Part shown: positions 54,103-62,843 of the stretch, piece by piece
Numbering within the stretch: the first letter of the stretch is position 1
How the letters are laid out: each line of letters starts with the position of its first letter
Virus record (IMG/VR): IMGVR_UViG_3300015259_000001
Reading direction: 5' to 3' (one strand)
Origin: a virus
Length of the DNA: 64,000 nucleotides
The notes under the pieces: generated by a model
Seen by the model: the letters and a program-made list of their open reading frames with translations, nothing else
Databases searched by the model: none
What the model was told of the DNA's origin: nothing
Position numbers and translations under genes: made by a program

Positions 54103-55921
54103 GTATATTCGTCGGAATTAATGTTTTTAGAGATTCTTCGTTAGAAATGAGCAAAATAGTCTCTCGTCTGCTCGATATTCCTGTCAGGTAGTTTATCAAA
54201 TTTTCAGCATTCCGTTGGTCTAAAGATACGAAAGGTTCATCAAGAATAAGGATTTTACTTATACCCACAGCTTGACTCTCAGCCAAATCTGCAAGGGCTA
54301 GACCTACAGCAAATGAGACTATCTGTTGCTCTCCGCCGCTGAGAGAATCGTAACCCTTGCCTCCACTATTAGAACTTACTTCACAAGTAAATTCATCCCT
54401 ATCTTCTCCTGACTTAAGTTGTTTGGTAGTACTGAATGTAACCTTTAATTGAGAGTTACCAAGCCCTTCCAAATGTTTATTAACTCTTTCCGTTAAGAAA
54501 GGACAAACTCTATCTAGCATGAATATCTTTAAATCCTTACCAAATGCCCCTTGCCAGAACACTAGTTTATCCCGCTCCTGAATAAGAAGGGATAGAGAAG
54601 TTTGCTTAGCCTTTAATTTGTCTTCCTCCAATGATAATTCCTGCTCTAGTTGTCGGACAGAAGACACGAAAGGATTTAGATCAGCATTAAGACGATCTAG
54701 TTCTGCCTTCCATACGGGTCGAGAATCTTCTCCTAATTGCTCTTTGGTCTTGAGAATGCTAGATTGTATATTTGCCCGTTTCGTAATTATGTTATGTTTA
54801 TGGACTGAATTTTCAAGTAGTTTATTGTATTCGGCAAAAGCTGTAATGTGTTTATTGTTCCAATACTCTTTAGCAGTTTCAGCTTTATTAAGGTTTACTT
54901 TTGCTGTATCTAATTTATCCTTAGATCTACAAAGGTTAACTTCATAGGAAGTATAGACAGCATCAGGAAACTTTTGACCACAAAGGTTACAGGTATTAGG
55001 AGGTTGTTCCATTATGACACGATTATGTAGTCTTATCTCTTCATTCCACTGATTATGTGAAGTTACAGCTTTATCATAATTAGCTTTATATTCCTTTACC
55101 CTCGCTATAACAGACTCTATATCTACATCATCATAACTAGGTATAACTAATTCTTTTAAACTAACTTCAAGATTATCAATAGTATCTAAAATACTCTTAT
55201 GGCATTGTTCGTAATTTAGAATGTTTCTTTTAATGCTGCTAATCTTTAATTGGTTTTCTGCTTCCCACGTAGATATCTTCCTAGTTTGTACCTCGTAGTT
55301 TGTCTTAATCCTATTGATGCCTCCCTCAAGGAACGATATAGACTTCTCTTCAGCTTGAATATTCAGGTTAATCGTAGCCTTAAATGTGGCGGATAACACT
55401 TCCCATTTGCTTACTTGAGAAATTGGCAATATTCGTTCTAGTATTGCCTTCTGATCCTTAGGATTGAGGGATAGGAAATTATCGTCTCTGCCTTGTCCAA
55501 AGAAATCCGAATAAACAAATGTCTCATAATTTCGACCTAATGCCCGATTGATTAGCTCTTGAGTCTCTTTCTCATTACGCTGTGTTAATCTTTCCGTACC
55601 GCAATGAAGTTCTAAAGAGGACGGTTTTCTACTGCGTTTAACAATATAATCTTTTCCATCAGAACCTTGAAATGTAATCTCTACAAAGCAAGGTGGAGCG
55701 GTATGGCGATTAACTACTTCATCTGCCCTAAGTCCTCCTGCGGTCTGACCAAATAAACACCACAGTATAGCTTTATTAGCGAGCGAACTTTTCCCTGCTC
55801 CGTTAGCCCCACCTTCATCGGCAGAATACCCGGTAACAAGAACAAGTCCTCTATTATGCAAAGGTACCTGTACCTCTCCCAGAGAGAAAACATTGCTTGC
55901 GCTGAGATTTAAAATTCTCAA
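54065..55921 (-). CDS. sbcC: SbcC/Rad50/gp46-like ATPase
   Basis: GANGAGKSS, central coiled coil with CxxC hook, LSGGEQQ, LDEPF. Confidence 0.9.
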   Translation of the reverse strand: MRILNLSASNVFSLGEVQVPLHNRGLVLVTGYSADEGGANGAGKSSLANKAILWCLFGQTAGGLRADEVVNRHTAPPCFVEITFQGSDGKDYIVKRSRKPSSLELHCGTERLTQRNEKETQELINRALGRNYETFVYSDFFGQGRDDNFLSLNPKDQKAILERILPISQVSKWEVLSATFKATINLNIQAEEKSISFLEGGINRIKTNYEVQTRKISTWEAENQLKISSIKRNILNYEQCHKSILDTIDNLEVSLKELVIPSYDDVDIESVIARVKEYKANYDKAVTSHNQWNEEIRLHNRVIMEQPPNTCNLCGQKFPDAVYTSYEVNLCRSKDKLDTAKVNLNKAETAKEYWNNKHITAFAEYNKLLENSVHKHNIITKRANIQSSILKTKEQLGEDSRPVWKAELDRLNADLNPFVSSVRQLEQELSLEEDKLKAKQTSLSLLIQERDKLVFWQGAFGKDLKIFMLDRVCPFLTERVNKHLEGLGNSQLKVTFSTTKQLKSGEDRDEFTCEVSSNSGGKGYDSLSGGEQQIVSFAVGLALADLAESQAVGISKILILDEPFVSLDQRNAENLINYLTGISSRRETILLISNEESLKTLIPTNIHVEKNNGITTIK

Positions 55922-56973
55922 ATGTCTTTACCTTCGTAGCTATATGTACCTTCCATTATTTGTTCGCCTACTTTACGAGTGCCCATATCAAGACGTTTAA
56001 TATCCATATAAGCACCCACGATACTAGACAGAGAATCGAAACTGCCAGAGTTAGCTGTAGAAAGCTCTCCGCTTCGCTCAACTGAGCTACGAACCATTTC
56101 ACAGCTTCTCGCACCATAACTCATTACCTTCTCTTTGATGTTAGTTATATCCATATTATCCGAAATCTCGATCTTAATAAAGTTACCTTCGCAATTATCT
56201 AAGGTAATATCTTTCTCTGTTAGACTAACAAATCTTGGAGACGAGATATTAATTGGGACTACTTCGAGGGGCTTATCTGAATGCCATATTACATCCAGTA
56301 ATCCCCTATCCTCTCCTGAATCTGTCCATGTTAATTGCAATGGAGAACCGGGACTCCATATTTTTTTGTTATGAACTTGAAACCTAGAGTGATAATGCCC
56401 GACGAATGCTCCTGCGACATGATCCGGTACCATAGAAGGATGTAGAATTTCGTTAATCGTAAACCCTTTGGAGTTTACCGGCATACCGTTAAGCCCCTGA
56501 TGCATTAATACAATAGAGTTTACTGGAGACTCGTCCAAAAACTTCATGAGTTTTTTCTGATCTTCGGTGTAGCTCATGGCCCAAAAAAGATCCCCATATC
56601 GACCGGGCTTGTCTACTACATCTCCGAATTCTTTCAGAAAATCAATAGAGTGAAGGTCACCTTCTTTGTCTGAGTAGTCATGATTTCCTATAATAAAGGT
56701 TGATTTGATCCCTTCACGTTTAAGCGCACTCAAGAAGTTATGGGCAGCCCATAAAACTTCTGAGCGAATAGATGAATGGGTATGGAAAAAGTCTCCGGTA
56801 AAAACTATATCCTTAATGTCATGTTGGACCGCATGCATCAGTACGGCCCCAAGAACCTGCACCTGATCTAGTAGTCTACTGTTCCGTCTATTGACGGTAG
56901 AAGCACCATAGCTCCACAGGTGCAAGTGAAGATCACTAAATACTATTATTCGTTTCCCTGTCGTCATTCCCAA
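55918..56973 (-). CDS. sbcD: SbcD/Mre11/gp47-like nuclease
   Basis: SDLH, TGDFFH, GNHD, GHYH. Confidence 0.9.
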   Translation of the reverse strand: MGMTTGKRIIVFSDLHLHLWSYGASTVNRRNSRLLDQVQVLGAVLMHAVQHDIKDIVFTGDFFHTHSSIRSEVLWAAHNFLSALKREGIKSTFIIGNHDYSDKEGDLHSIDFLKEFGDVVDKPGRYGDLFWAMSYTEDQKKLMKFLDESPVNSIVLMHQGLNGMPVNSKGFTINEILHPSMVPDHVAGAFVGHYHSRFQVHNKKIWSPGSPLQLTWTDSGEDRGLLDVIWHSDKPLEVVPINISSPRFVSLTEKDITLDNCEGNFIKIEISDNMDITNIKEKVMSYGARSCEMVRSSVERSGELSTANSGSFDSLSSIVGAYMDIKRLDMGTRKVGEQIMEGTYSYEGKDI

Positions 56974-57125
56974 GTCTTATATAATGTTAGGCTAAGTTGA
57001 AATAGAATAAACTGCAGGAATAAACCAATACAAGGTATACCGGGACCTTCGTTTACCTCAGGGTATCCAAACCATAATTTCCAATTTCTAGGATGAAAAA
57101 CTAAGGCAAACGATAATTCGATCAT
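56964..57125 (-). CDS. 53-aa hypothetical protein
   Basis: Hand translation MIELSFALVFHPRNWKLWFGYPE...; ATGA overlap with the recA stop. Confidence 0.45.
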   Translation of the reverse strand: MIELSFALVFHPRNWKLWFGYPEVNEGPGIPCIGLFLQFILFQLSLTLYKTWE

Positions 57126-58234
57126 TCCTCTTCTTCTTCCTGAATCGAAATTACTGTATCAGTATCCGATCCATAAGGAGTAATCTTTCCAACCTTTTCT
57201 GCTTCTTGTAGAAAGAAATCGTACACCTTAGAAGGACCGCCCATTCCATCAACGAGCGCTTTCCATTCTTTCTTCATGAATGTAGTCCCGGTGGGAACAT
57301 AATGCCAAGACTGCTGGTTGACTGACTCTATTAGTCCTATCGCAATCAATCCATCCATTATGCCCTCATAAATATCGAATCCGGTAACCCCGTTCTTTAC
57401 ATCGAACTCAGGGCTATCAGTTGAGTTAATCTTATTCTTTCGAATAGCGATTTTAATGCTTTGACCTTTATAGTGTCTATCATCCTTTTGACCATCAACA
57501 AGTTGGCTAAGGAATGTAAAATCTATCCGCAAAGAAGCGAAAAACTTCAAGGCATGTCCACCTGCGGAAGTCTTAGGATTACCAAATCCGATATTTGCAA
57601 TAGCATGGTTAATGAATATCGCACAAGTTTTTCTAGTCGAAATCCGACTAGTAAGTCTACGCATAGCTTTTCGAATGATTCTAGCATCCTGTCCTACTCG
57701 TGCTTCCTCGCGTATTTCTTTAACGCTGCTACCTTCAGACTCCACACCAGTAATAGAATCTACTACGATCATACTTGGGAATCGCCAGTCTTCTTTCTCA
57801 AGTTTATCTAAGAAAGCGTCAATAGTATCAAATACCTTCTCAATACTATCGGCCTCTGCTAAAAGCAAGTTATCTACATCTACCCCAATCTTCTTGGCTC
57901 TAGGTCTAGTTAGATCGAACGTATATTCTGTATCAATATAGATTACTTGACCTCCTAGACGTTGACATTCAGCAATAGCATGAAGGGCGGCAGTAGTCTT
58001 ACCGGAAGATTCAAATCCAAAAAACTCTAAAACTCTACCGGCAGGATAACCGGGCTTACCAATTGAAAGCTCAAGTAACGGCAATCCTGAAGGGATGGCA
58101 AAGGGAACATGAGATGCGATATTAAGATCGCCTCCTGTAGTGATATTAATTCCACCTACTTTAGTAAGTCCCTTATTTTTCCCTAGCTCTTTGTTCATCT
58201 CTTTAATAAATTCTTTTGTAATATCATTAGGCAC
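57122..58234 (-). CDS. recA: RecA/UvsX recombinase
   Basis: GFESSGKTT, IDTE, IVVDS, SAGGHALKFFASLRI. Confidence 0.95.
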   Translation of the reverse strand: MPNDITKEFIKEMNKELGKNKGLTKVGGINITTGGDLNIASHVPFAIPSGLPLLELSIGKPGYPAGRVLEFFGFESSGKTTAALHAIAECQRLGGQVIYIDTEYTFDLTRPRAKKIGVDVDNLLLAEADSIEKVFDTIDAFLDKLEKEDWRFPSMIVVDSITGVESEGSSVKEIREEARVGQDARIIRKAMRRLTSRISTRKTCAIFINHAIANIGFGNPKTSAGGHALKFFASLRIDFTFLSQLVDGQKDDRHYKGQSIKIAIRKNKINSTDSPEFDVKNGVTGFDIYEGIMDGLIAIGLIESVNQQSWHYVPTGTTFMKKEWKALVDGMGGPSKVYDFFLQEAEKVGKITPYGSDTDTVISIQEEEEE

Positions 58235-58250
58235 TTAATACCTCTTTAAC

Positions 58251-58481
58251 TTACTGTCGCCATATCATTAGTCCACGTATAGACAGACAAAAGTAGATTA
58301 TATTGTTCAAGAATGACATAGGAGAACCTATCAAGCATGAGAATATTGTCCAGAATGCCCCACCGATAAGTGCCCAATACCACCCTCTATGGTCCATATT
58401 CCCAAGCTTCCACTTAGCTACCACACCACAAAGTATGGCAATAGCACCTACAGATTCCCGAGCTAGGGTATAGTAGTCCAT
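58251..58481 (-). CDS. Small 3-TM protein, PnuC-like half
   Basis: GWYWALIG, NIIYFCLSIRGLMIW. Confidence 0.55.
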   Translation of the reverse strand: MDYYTLARESVGAIAILCGVVAKWKLGNMDHRGWYWALIGGAFWTIFSCLIGSPMSFLNNIIYFCLSIRGLMIWRQ

Positions 58482-58490
58482 ACAAATGTT

Positions 58491-58512
58491 GCTAGCCGAT
58501 TACTCGGCTAGC
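58491..58512 (-). terminator. Intergenic 9-bp hairpin with GUAA (GNRA) loop, weak U-tract
   Basis: GCTAGCCGA-GTAA-TCGGCTAGC on the minus strand. Confidence 0.45.
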
Positions 58513-58522
58513 GTATGGGTGG

Positions 58523-58786
58523 TTAGAACGATACTACGCGCTGCGGTGAAACCACTTCGTCAGTAGTAACGGAACCATCTGTAGGGAATAGAGTGTTGCT
58601 TACTACGGCCTTTTCGCTAGTGCGAGGTCGGCCACGAGGGCGTACTACTACTCCTGTACTTGCGATCAAACGTCGAACCGTCTGAGAATTAGCACCAAAC
58701 TTAACTCCAATACTCTTTAGCGATTCCCCTGCCTCATATAGAGATACCATTTCATTTACTTGCCCATCAAACTTCGACTGTCGCAT
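58523..58786 (-). CDS. HTH DNA-binding protein with AT-hook-like motif
   Basis: LYEAGESLKSIGVKFGANSQTVRRLI; RPRGRPR. Confidence 0.7.
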   Translation of the reverse strand: MRQSKFDGQVNEMVSLYEAGESLKSIGVKFGANSQTVRRLIASTGVVVRPRGRPRTSEKAVVSNTLFPTDGSVTTDEVVSPQRVVSF

Positions 58787-59381
58787 GATTATACTCCTTA
58801 GTTATTGTTAATTTACCAATTCTTCGTTCTGTTTCTATTACTTCAAACTCAAAACCTTTTGAATTCTTACTTGTCAATCTGCCCCAAAATTTACGGGGAC
58901 CTTTCTCATTCAGATCATGAAATATCACACAATCCCCCGGTATCAAAAAAGTCTTAATCGCATTCCAATCATTGATGACCGATTCCCTCTTATGATCACC
59001 GTCGATAAAGAATATAGCATTTTTTCGAGAGATTGCAAATTTTTCGAGTTGAGCTATAACTCCCACATTAAACGGCTGTATATGTATATTAATTTTATCA
59101 GGAAGAGGAGACATATCTATATGCTCCCAAATCTTGGGGCGACAAACAATATCAAAGGTATAAACTTCTGCTCCTGCTGCGGACAAAATACAACCACTAA
59201 AACCATGAGCCGTCCCGCTCTCGAAAGCTAGGGAGAACCCCCTAGCGTTCGAGAACAGAACATCAGCTTCCTTATCTGTAATAAACCGAGCTACTTTAAA
59301 CTTATCCAAAGGAAGCTTAAGCCTACTTAATTTAACCTTATTAAGCACTAGGTGGCTCTGGAATCTCAGGAGCCGGAACAA
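58767..59381 (-). CDS. Class I SAM methyltransferase (Methyltransf_24-like)
   Basis: FESGTAHGFS, FFIDGDH, VIFHD. Confidence 0.75.
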   Translation of the reverse strand: MFRLLRFQSHLVLNKVKLSRLKLPLDKFKVARFITDKEADVLFSNARGFSLAFESGTAHGFSGCILSAAGAEVYTFDIVCRPKIWEHIDMSPLPDKINIHIQPFNVGVIAQLEKFAISRKNAIFFIDGDHKRESVINDWNAIKTFLIPGDCVIFHDLNEKGPRKFWGRLTSKNSKGFEFEVIETERRIGKLTITKEYNHATVEV

Positions 59382-60195
59382 TTGAGATCCCTGATACCTG
59401 AATAGGAGCAGCTACAGTAACAGGAGTAACTGCAGGAGTAGCTACATGAGCAACTTGGTCTGTTACGCCAACACCTACTGCTACGGCAGGGAAACCAAAT
59501 ACTCGGGCCTTACCTTCGATAGCTGCTAGCATCTCCTCAACAGGCCGAGGAGCAGGAATTGCATCCTTAAGGTTAAACTGGGTGAAGTTAGAAGGATCAA
59601 CATTCTGAGCCTTTAGTACCTCAACGAGGTTTGTGCGGTCACGGAAAGGCTTTACGCTATACCGTGTATCTTTAACCCCATCACCCGTTCGTTCTACCGC
59701 AAGCATGAATCCTTCGGTAATACTAGTAATATTACCATAACCCTCAGAGAAAGCACATTCCAATTCTAGGAATCCTTTCTTAACGGTTATACCAGACTTT
59801 AATACCTTTACACCTTCCTTAGCTGTAGTACCGGCACTATCAGATAGAACAATAACATTGAATAGATACGCTCTCTTAGGCTGGAAATCCTTGAACGAAG
59901 ACTCTCCTGCCTCAGATAGCTGTTCGCCTTTATCACAGATAACACAATTCCCACCGAAGGGTCTTGCACATGTGAAGTTAGCAGTTTTACCTCCAAGCTG
60001 TAGTCTATGCTCATGGTACTCTTTAAACCATACACCCTCAGCGTCGAATGGCGGAAGAACTCTAATAATAGTCTTACCCTTCTTGAGGTAGTAAAATGGT
60101 ACCTTTGCCGTCTCATCCTTGATCGCCTGTTTGCGATCTTTATTATACTCATTCTCCATTACTTTCGTATTAGTTTGATGCTGCACAAATGACAT
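59341..60195 (-). CDS. ssDNA-binding protein (gp32-like)
   Basis: IRVLPPF, EH...C...C..C Zn-type motif, YLFNVI, DTRYSV. Confidence 0.7.
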   Translation of the reverse strand: MSFVQHQTNTKVMENEYNKDRKQAIKDETAKVPFYYLKKGKTIIRVLPPFDAEGVWFKEYHEHRLQLGGKTANFTCARPFGGNCVICDKGEQLSEAGESSFKDFQPKRAYLFNVIVLSDSAGTTAKEGVKVLKSGITVKKGFLELECAFSEGYGNITSITEGFMLAVERTGDGVKDTRYSVKPFRDRTNLVEVLKAQNVDPSNFTQFNLKDAIPAPRPVEEMLAAIEGKARVFGFPAVAVGVGVTDQVAHVATPAVTPVTVAAPIQVSGISIVPAPEIPEPPSA

Positions 60196-60446
60196 TATTT
60201 TGCTCCTTTAGTGATTAATTTAACTGTCTTTAAAAATTCATTCTTACGCTTATTGTAGTTCTTTATAAAATCCTTATCTCCATGAAATGTCAGAGTCTCA
60301 TTAACACTCTTACCTGTTGGCGTCTCGTAATAGTATAAATGAGCGTTGATTAACTTTCTCTGTTCAGGATCAGGATGTGATAGGTTGCTGTGTATCTGAA
60401 ATGATACGCTAAGTTCGCCTGTTGGCTTTATAACAGATTTAGACAT
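60195..60446 (-). CDS. Hypothetical protein
   Basis: 83 aa, coupled. Confidence 0.5.
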   Translation of the reverse strand: MSKSVIKPTGELSVSFQIHSNLSHPDPEQRKLINAHLYYYETPTGKSVNETLTFHGDKDFIKNYNKRKNEFLKTVKLITKGAK

Positions 60447-60458
60447 TAATTTATTCCT

Positions 60459-60890
60459 TTATTTTTCCAGTTTAATCATTTTGGTTTCACGATAACTCAT
60501 ACTTAATAGGCAGTCCGCTTTCTTCTGTAAAGCGACCATGACCCACCGCATTATATTAGCATTTTTTGTGGACTCGTGCAACGACGCTATCGCTGCTGAA
60601 TAATCAGGGCTAGAAATGATCATATTCTTTACCCTGTTTTCGGTCATCTTGTCTCCTGAACTCTTGGCTCCCATTCTAATCTCTGAATCTTTATCTGCCT
60701 CTAACTTCTCAAGCGCAGCTTCCTTGCGTGCGACCTCAATCCGAAGCTCAGCTTCAATGGTTCCACACTCTACAAGATGGTTACCAATAATACACATAGC
60801 CCGATCTAGGTCAGCAGGATCTATGCTAAAAAGTTTATCGTCTAATAGAACCTTTTGTCTTCCGTTTGGTTTCTCTATGAATACTTCCAT
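60459..60890 (-). CDS. UvsY-like recombination mediator (tentative)
   Basis: Helical ~140 aa, KMTENRVKNMIISSPDY; near SSB and RecA. Confidence 0.5.
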   Translation of the reverse strand: MEVFIEKPNGRQKVLLDDKLFSIDPADLDRAMCIIGNHLVECGTIEAELRIEVARKEAALEKLEADKDSEIRMGAKSSGDKMTENRVKNMIISSPDYSAAIASLHESTKNANIMRWVMVALQKKADCLLSMSYRETKMIKLEK

Positions 60891-61100
60891 TTACTTTATC
60901 TCCAGTATTTCTCTTGCTGTTTGTTTAATCTGATTAATTATTTTCCACCCTGCTTCATCTACTCCTTTATCACCCCACGAATGCCATCTTTTATCCGCGT
61001 CTGTATGCCAAACATTCCACTCTTGAGCATCGTAGTTAAATGAGATGCTAATACCTAGATCAAATAATCTCTTTAGTTCTTCATGCAATTCTGGGTTCAT
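60891..61100 (-). CDS. Hypothetical protein
   Basis: 69 aa. Confidence 0.5.
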   Translation of the reverse strand: MNPELHEELKRLFDLGISISFNYDAQEWNVWHTDADKRWHSWGDKGVDEAGWKIINQIKQTAREILEIK

Positions 61101-61297
61101 ACCTTATTGTTCCTTATCCAGTATGCAATATCTGTTAATAGTTTTAACTGATCTATACCCTTAAACTCTTCTTCCCATTCGCCGTAAAATGCGTAGGCTA
61201 ATCTGTCATGTTCTATTCTTAGAAGAGTATCACCTATACCTTCAGGAACACCACTAGTACCATAGGTGAACATAGGTTTATCACACTTACAACTCAT
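61097..61297 (-). CDS. Hypothetical protein
   Basis: 66 aa. Confidence 0.5.
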   Translation of the reverse strand: MSCKCDKPMFTYGTSGVPEGIGDTLLRIEHDRLAYAFYGEWEEEFKGIDQLKLLTDIAYWIRNNKV

Positions 61298-61650
61298 TAA
61301 AATTTCCTCCCATGCTTATAGGGTCTACTCTTATTATACTCTATTTTGGCAAGAATTGCACCGGCCACATCGAGATTAAAGGCGGCTGAATAATCTAGGA
61401 TCCGGATAACGGTATCCGCCAATTCGACCTCTTCTGCAGTGTACTCTGGTACTTTAGGATCAGGGTTATTGCCGTCTCGAATAGCTTCAAGAACCTCGCT
61501 AAGTTCACTATGCATCAGGGCAATACATTCTCCTTTATTCTTTTTATCTCCTTCCTCCCAAAATCCTCTAGATTTATTGCCCTCGTGTACCCAATAGGCT
61601 AGGTTATCCCATTGTAGCGCGAAATCACTCATAGATTTACTGTGTAGCAT
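61297..61650 (-). CDS. MazG-like NTP pyrophosphohydrolase
   Basis: IALMHSELSEVLEAIR, EEVELADTVIRILD, KIEYNKSR. Confidence 0.85.
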   Translation of the reverse strand: MLHSKSMSDFALQWDNLAYWVHEGNKSRGFWEEGDKKNKGECIALMHSELSEVLEAIRDGNNPDPKVPEYTAEEVELADTVIRILDYSAAFNLDVAGAILAKIEYNKSRPYKHGRKF

Positions 61651-61661
61651 TTCTTACTCCT

Positions 61662-62261
61662 TTAGCTGATTACCAACTCAATATTATCAAAGGGTATAAG
61701 CCCTGTACCTGAATAATGACCATAATGTAATTCAACCTTAGTACGATTTTTTATATTTTTCCATGTATAATTAAGCTCAGGAAATCTCTTATAGTTTATA
61801 TCATCCATAATTAATAACCCAGAAAAGGACGACTCACAAATTCTGTCATAAATTTGTCTCTCATCTGCCCCATTGTGGCTGATATCTAACATAATAATAT
61901 CGTAGTTATCGTAGAATGAAGTAGCTAACTCTACTGCATCATCTATATTGAATGTTATATTACTAGGGAATTTAAAGTATAATTCTCCCCATACATCTAC
62001 ATGCTTATTATTTTTATCTACATCTAAAGATAATACTTTATTAGTAGGATTAGCAGCTAAACAAAAAGCACTAGCCCCATGAGAAGTACCTAAATCTAGA
62101 AAAGAAGCATTATTAAACTGTCTTGTTAAACTAATCAATAGTCTATAATGCTCTCTTGCCCTAGGTTCAAACCTATTTAAATAATCAAAATGAACATTAG
62201 ACAATAAGTCAGAAATATCCATTGATCTGACAGATGATTTAGTTAATTCTAGACGGATCAT
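61662..62261 (-). CDS. Class I SAM methyltransferase
   Basis: FLDLGTSHGAS, IIMLDISH, LIMDDI. Confidence 0.75.
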   Translation of the reverse strand: MIRLELTKSSVRSMDISDLLSNVHFDYLNRFEPRAREHYRLLISLTRQFNNASFLDLGTSHGASAFCLAANPTNKVLSLDVDKNNKHVDVWGELYFKFPSNITFNIDDAVELATSFYDNYDIIMLDISHNGADERQIYDRICESSFSGLLIMDDINYKRFPELNYTWKNIKNRTKVELHYGHYSGTGLIPFDNIELVIS

Positions 62262-62270
62262 ATCTTATTC

Positions 62271-62843
62271 CTATAGTTTTTTAGCCATTACTCTAATAGA
62301 TTTATCTTCATCGGAAAGTTCTATTATTTTCGGATCGAACCCTAATCTATGTAGATAAAATCTAATAATCTTTGGACTGTATAAACAATGCCGATTCCGA
62401 TTCTTTAGAGGACCGGGAGAATCACTAAATGCTTCCGCATTTCGACATGTAAAAGCTAATATACCATTTACTTTAAGTAGTCTGTACCAACAAGTGAATA
62501 GTTTAAACGGATCTGAAAATGTGTCTATGTAATTAGATATTATATAATCCATAGACTCATAAGATTCATCAGTTATTTCATCTCCAGAATAATGTTTATC
62601 TGCCGCTATCTTAGCTTCATTGGAATCTACCCCAATCGAATCCTCTCCTATAATAAAATCTCCGCAACATATATCCATTCCTGATCCTATGGCAAACTGT
62701 TCAAGCCATAAACGATCTTCCTCTCCTCCAGTCCATTTCTGCTCAAGGACGAGTCTTTTTAATTTCTCATAACGATGAAGAAGTTTAGTTACTCGTCTAT
62801 CTATTCTACTATAGGCAGATTGTATTTTTTCTTCTTCAGTCAT
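62271..62843 (-). CDS. Class I SAM methyltransferase (type 11-like); start reassigned to ATG 62843
   Basis: GMDICCG, IGVD, MDYIIS, WYRLLKVNGIL. Confidence 0.7.
   Translation of the reverse strand: MTEEEKIQSAYSRIDRRVTKLLHRYEKLKRLVLEQKWTGGEEDRLWLEQFAIGSGMDICCGDFIIGEDSIGVDSNEAKIAADKHYSGDEITDESYESMDYIISNYIDTFSDPFKLFTCWYRLLKVNGILAFTCRNAEAFSDSPGPLKNRNRHCLYSPKIIRFYLHRLGFDPKIIELSDEDKSIRVMAKKL

Noticed and set aside
56974-57121. dif-like or att site in the recA-sbcD gap
   Set aside because: The gap is filled by a coupled 53-aa ORF and has no convincing inverted arms
38727-61650. dZ, 7-deazaguanine or hydroxymethyl-pyrimidine DNA modification pathway
   Set aside because: No purZ, folE/queCDE/dpdA or dCMP/dUMP hydroxymethylase in the window
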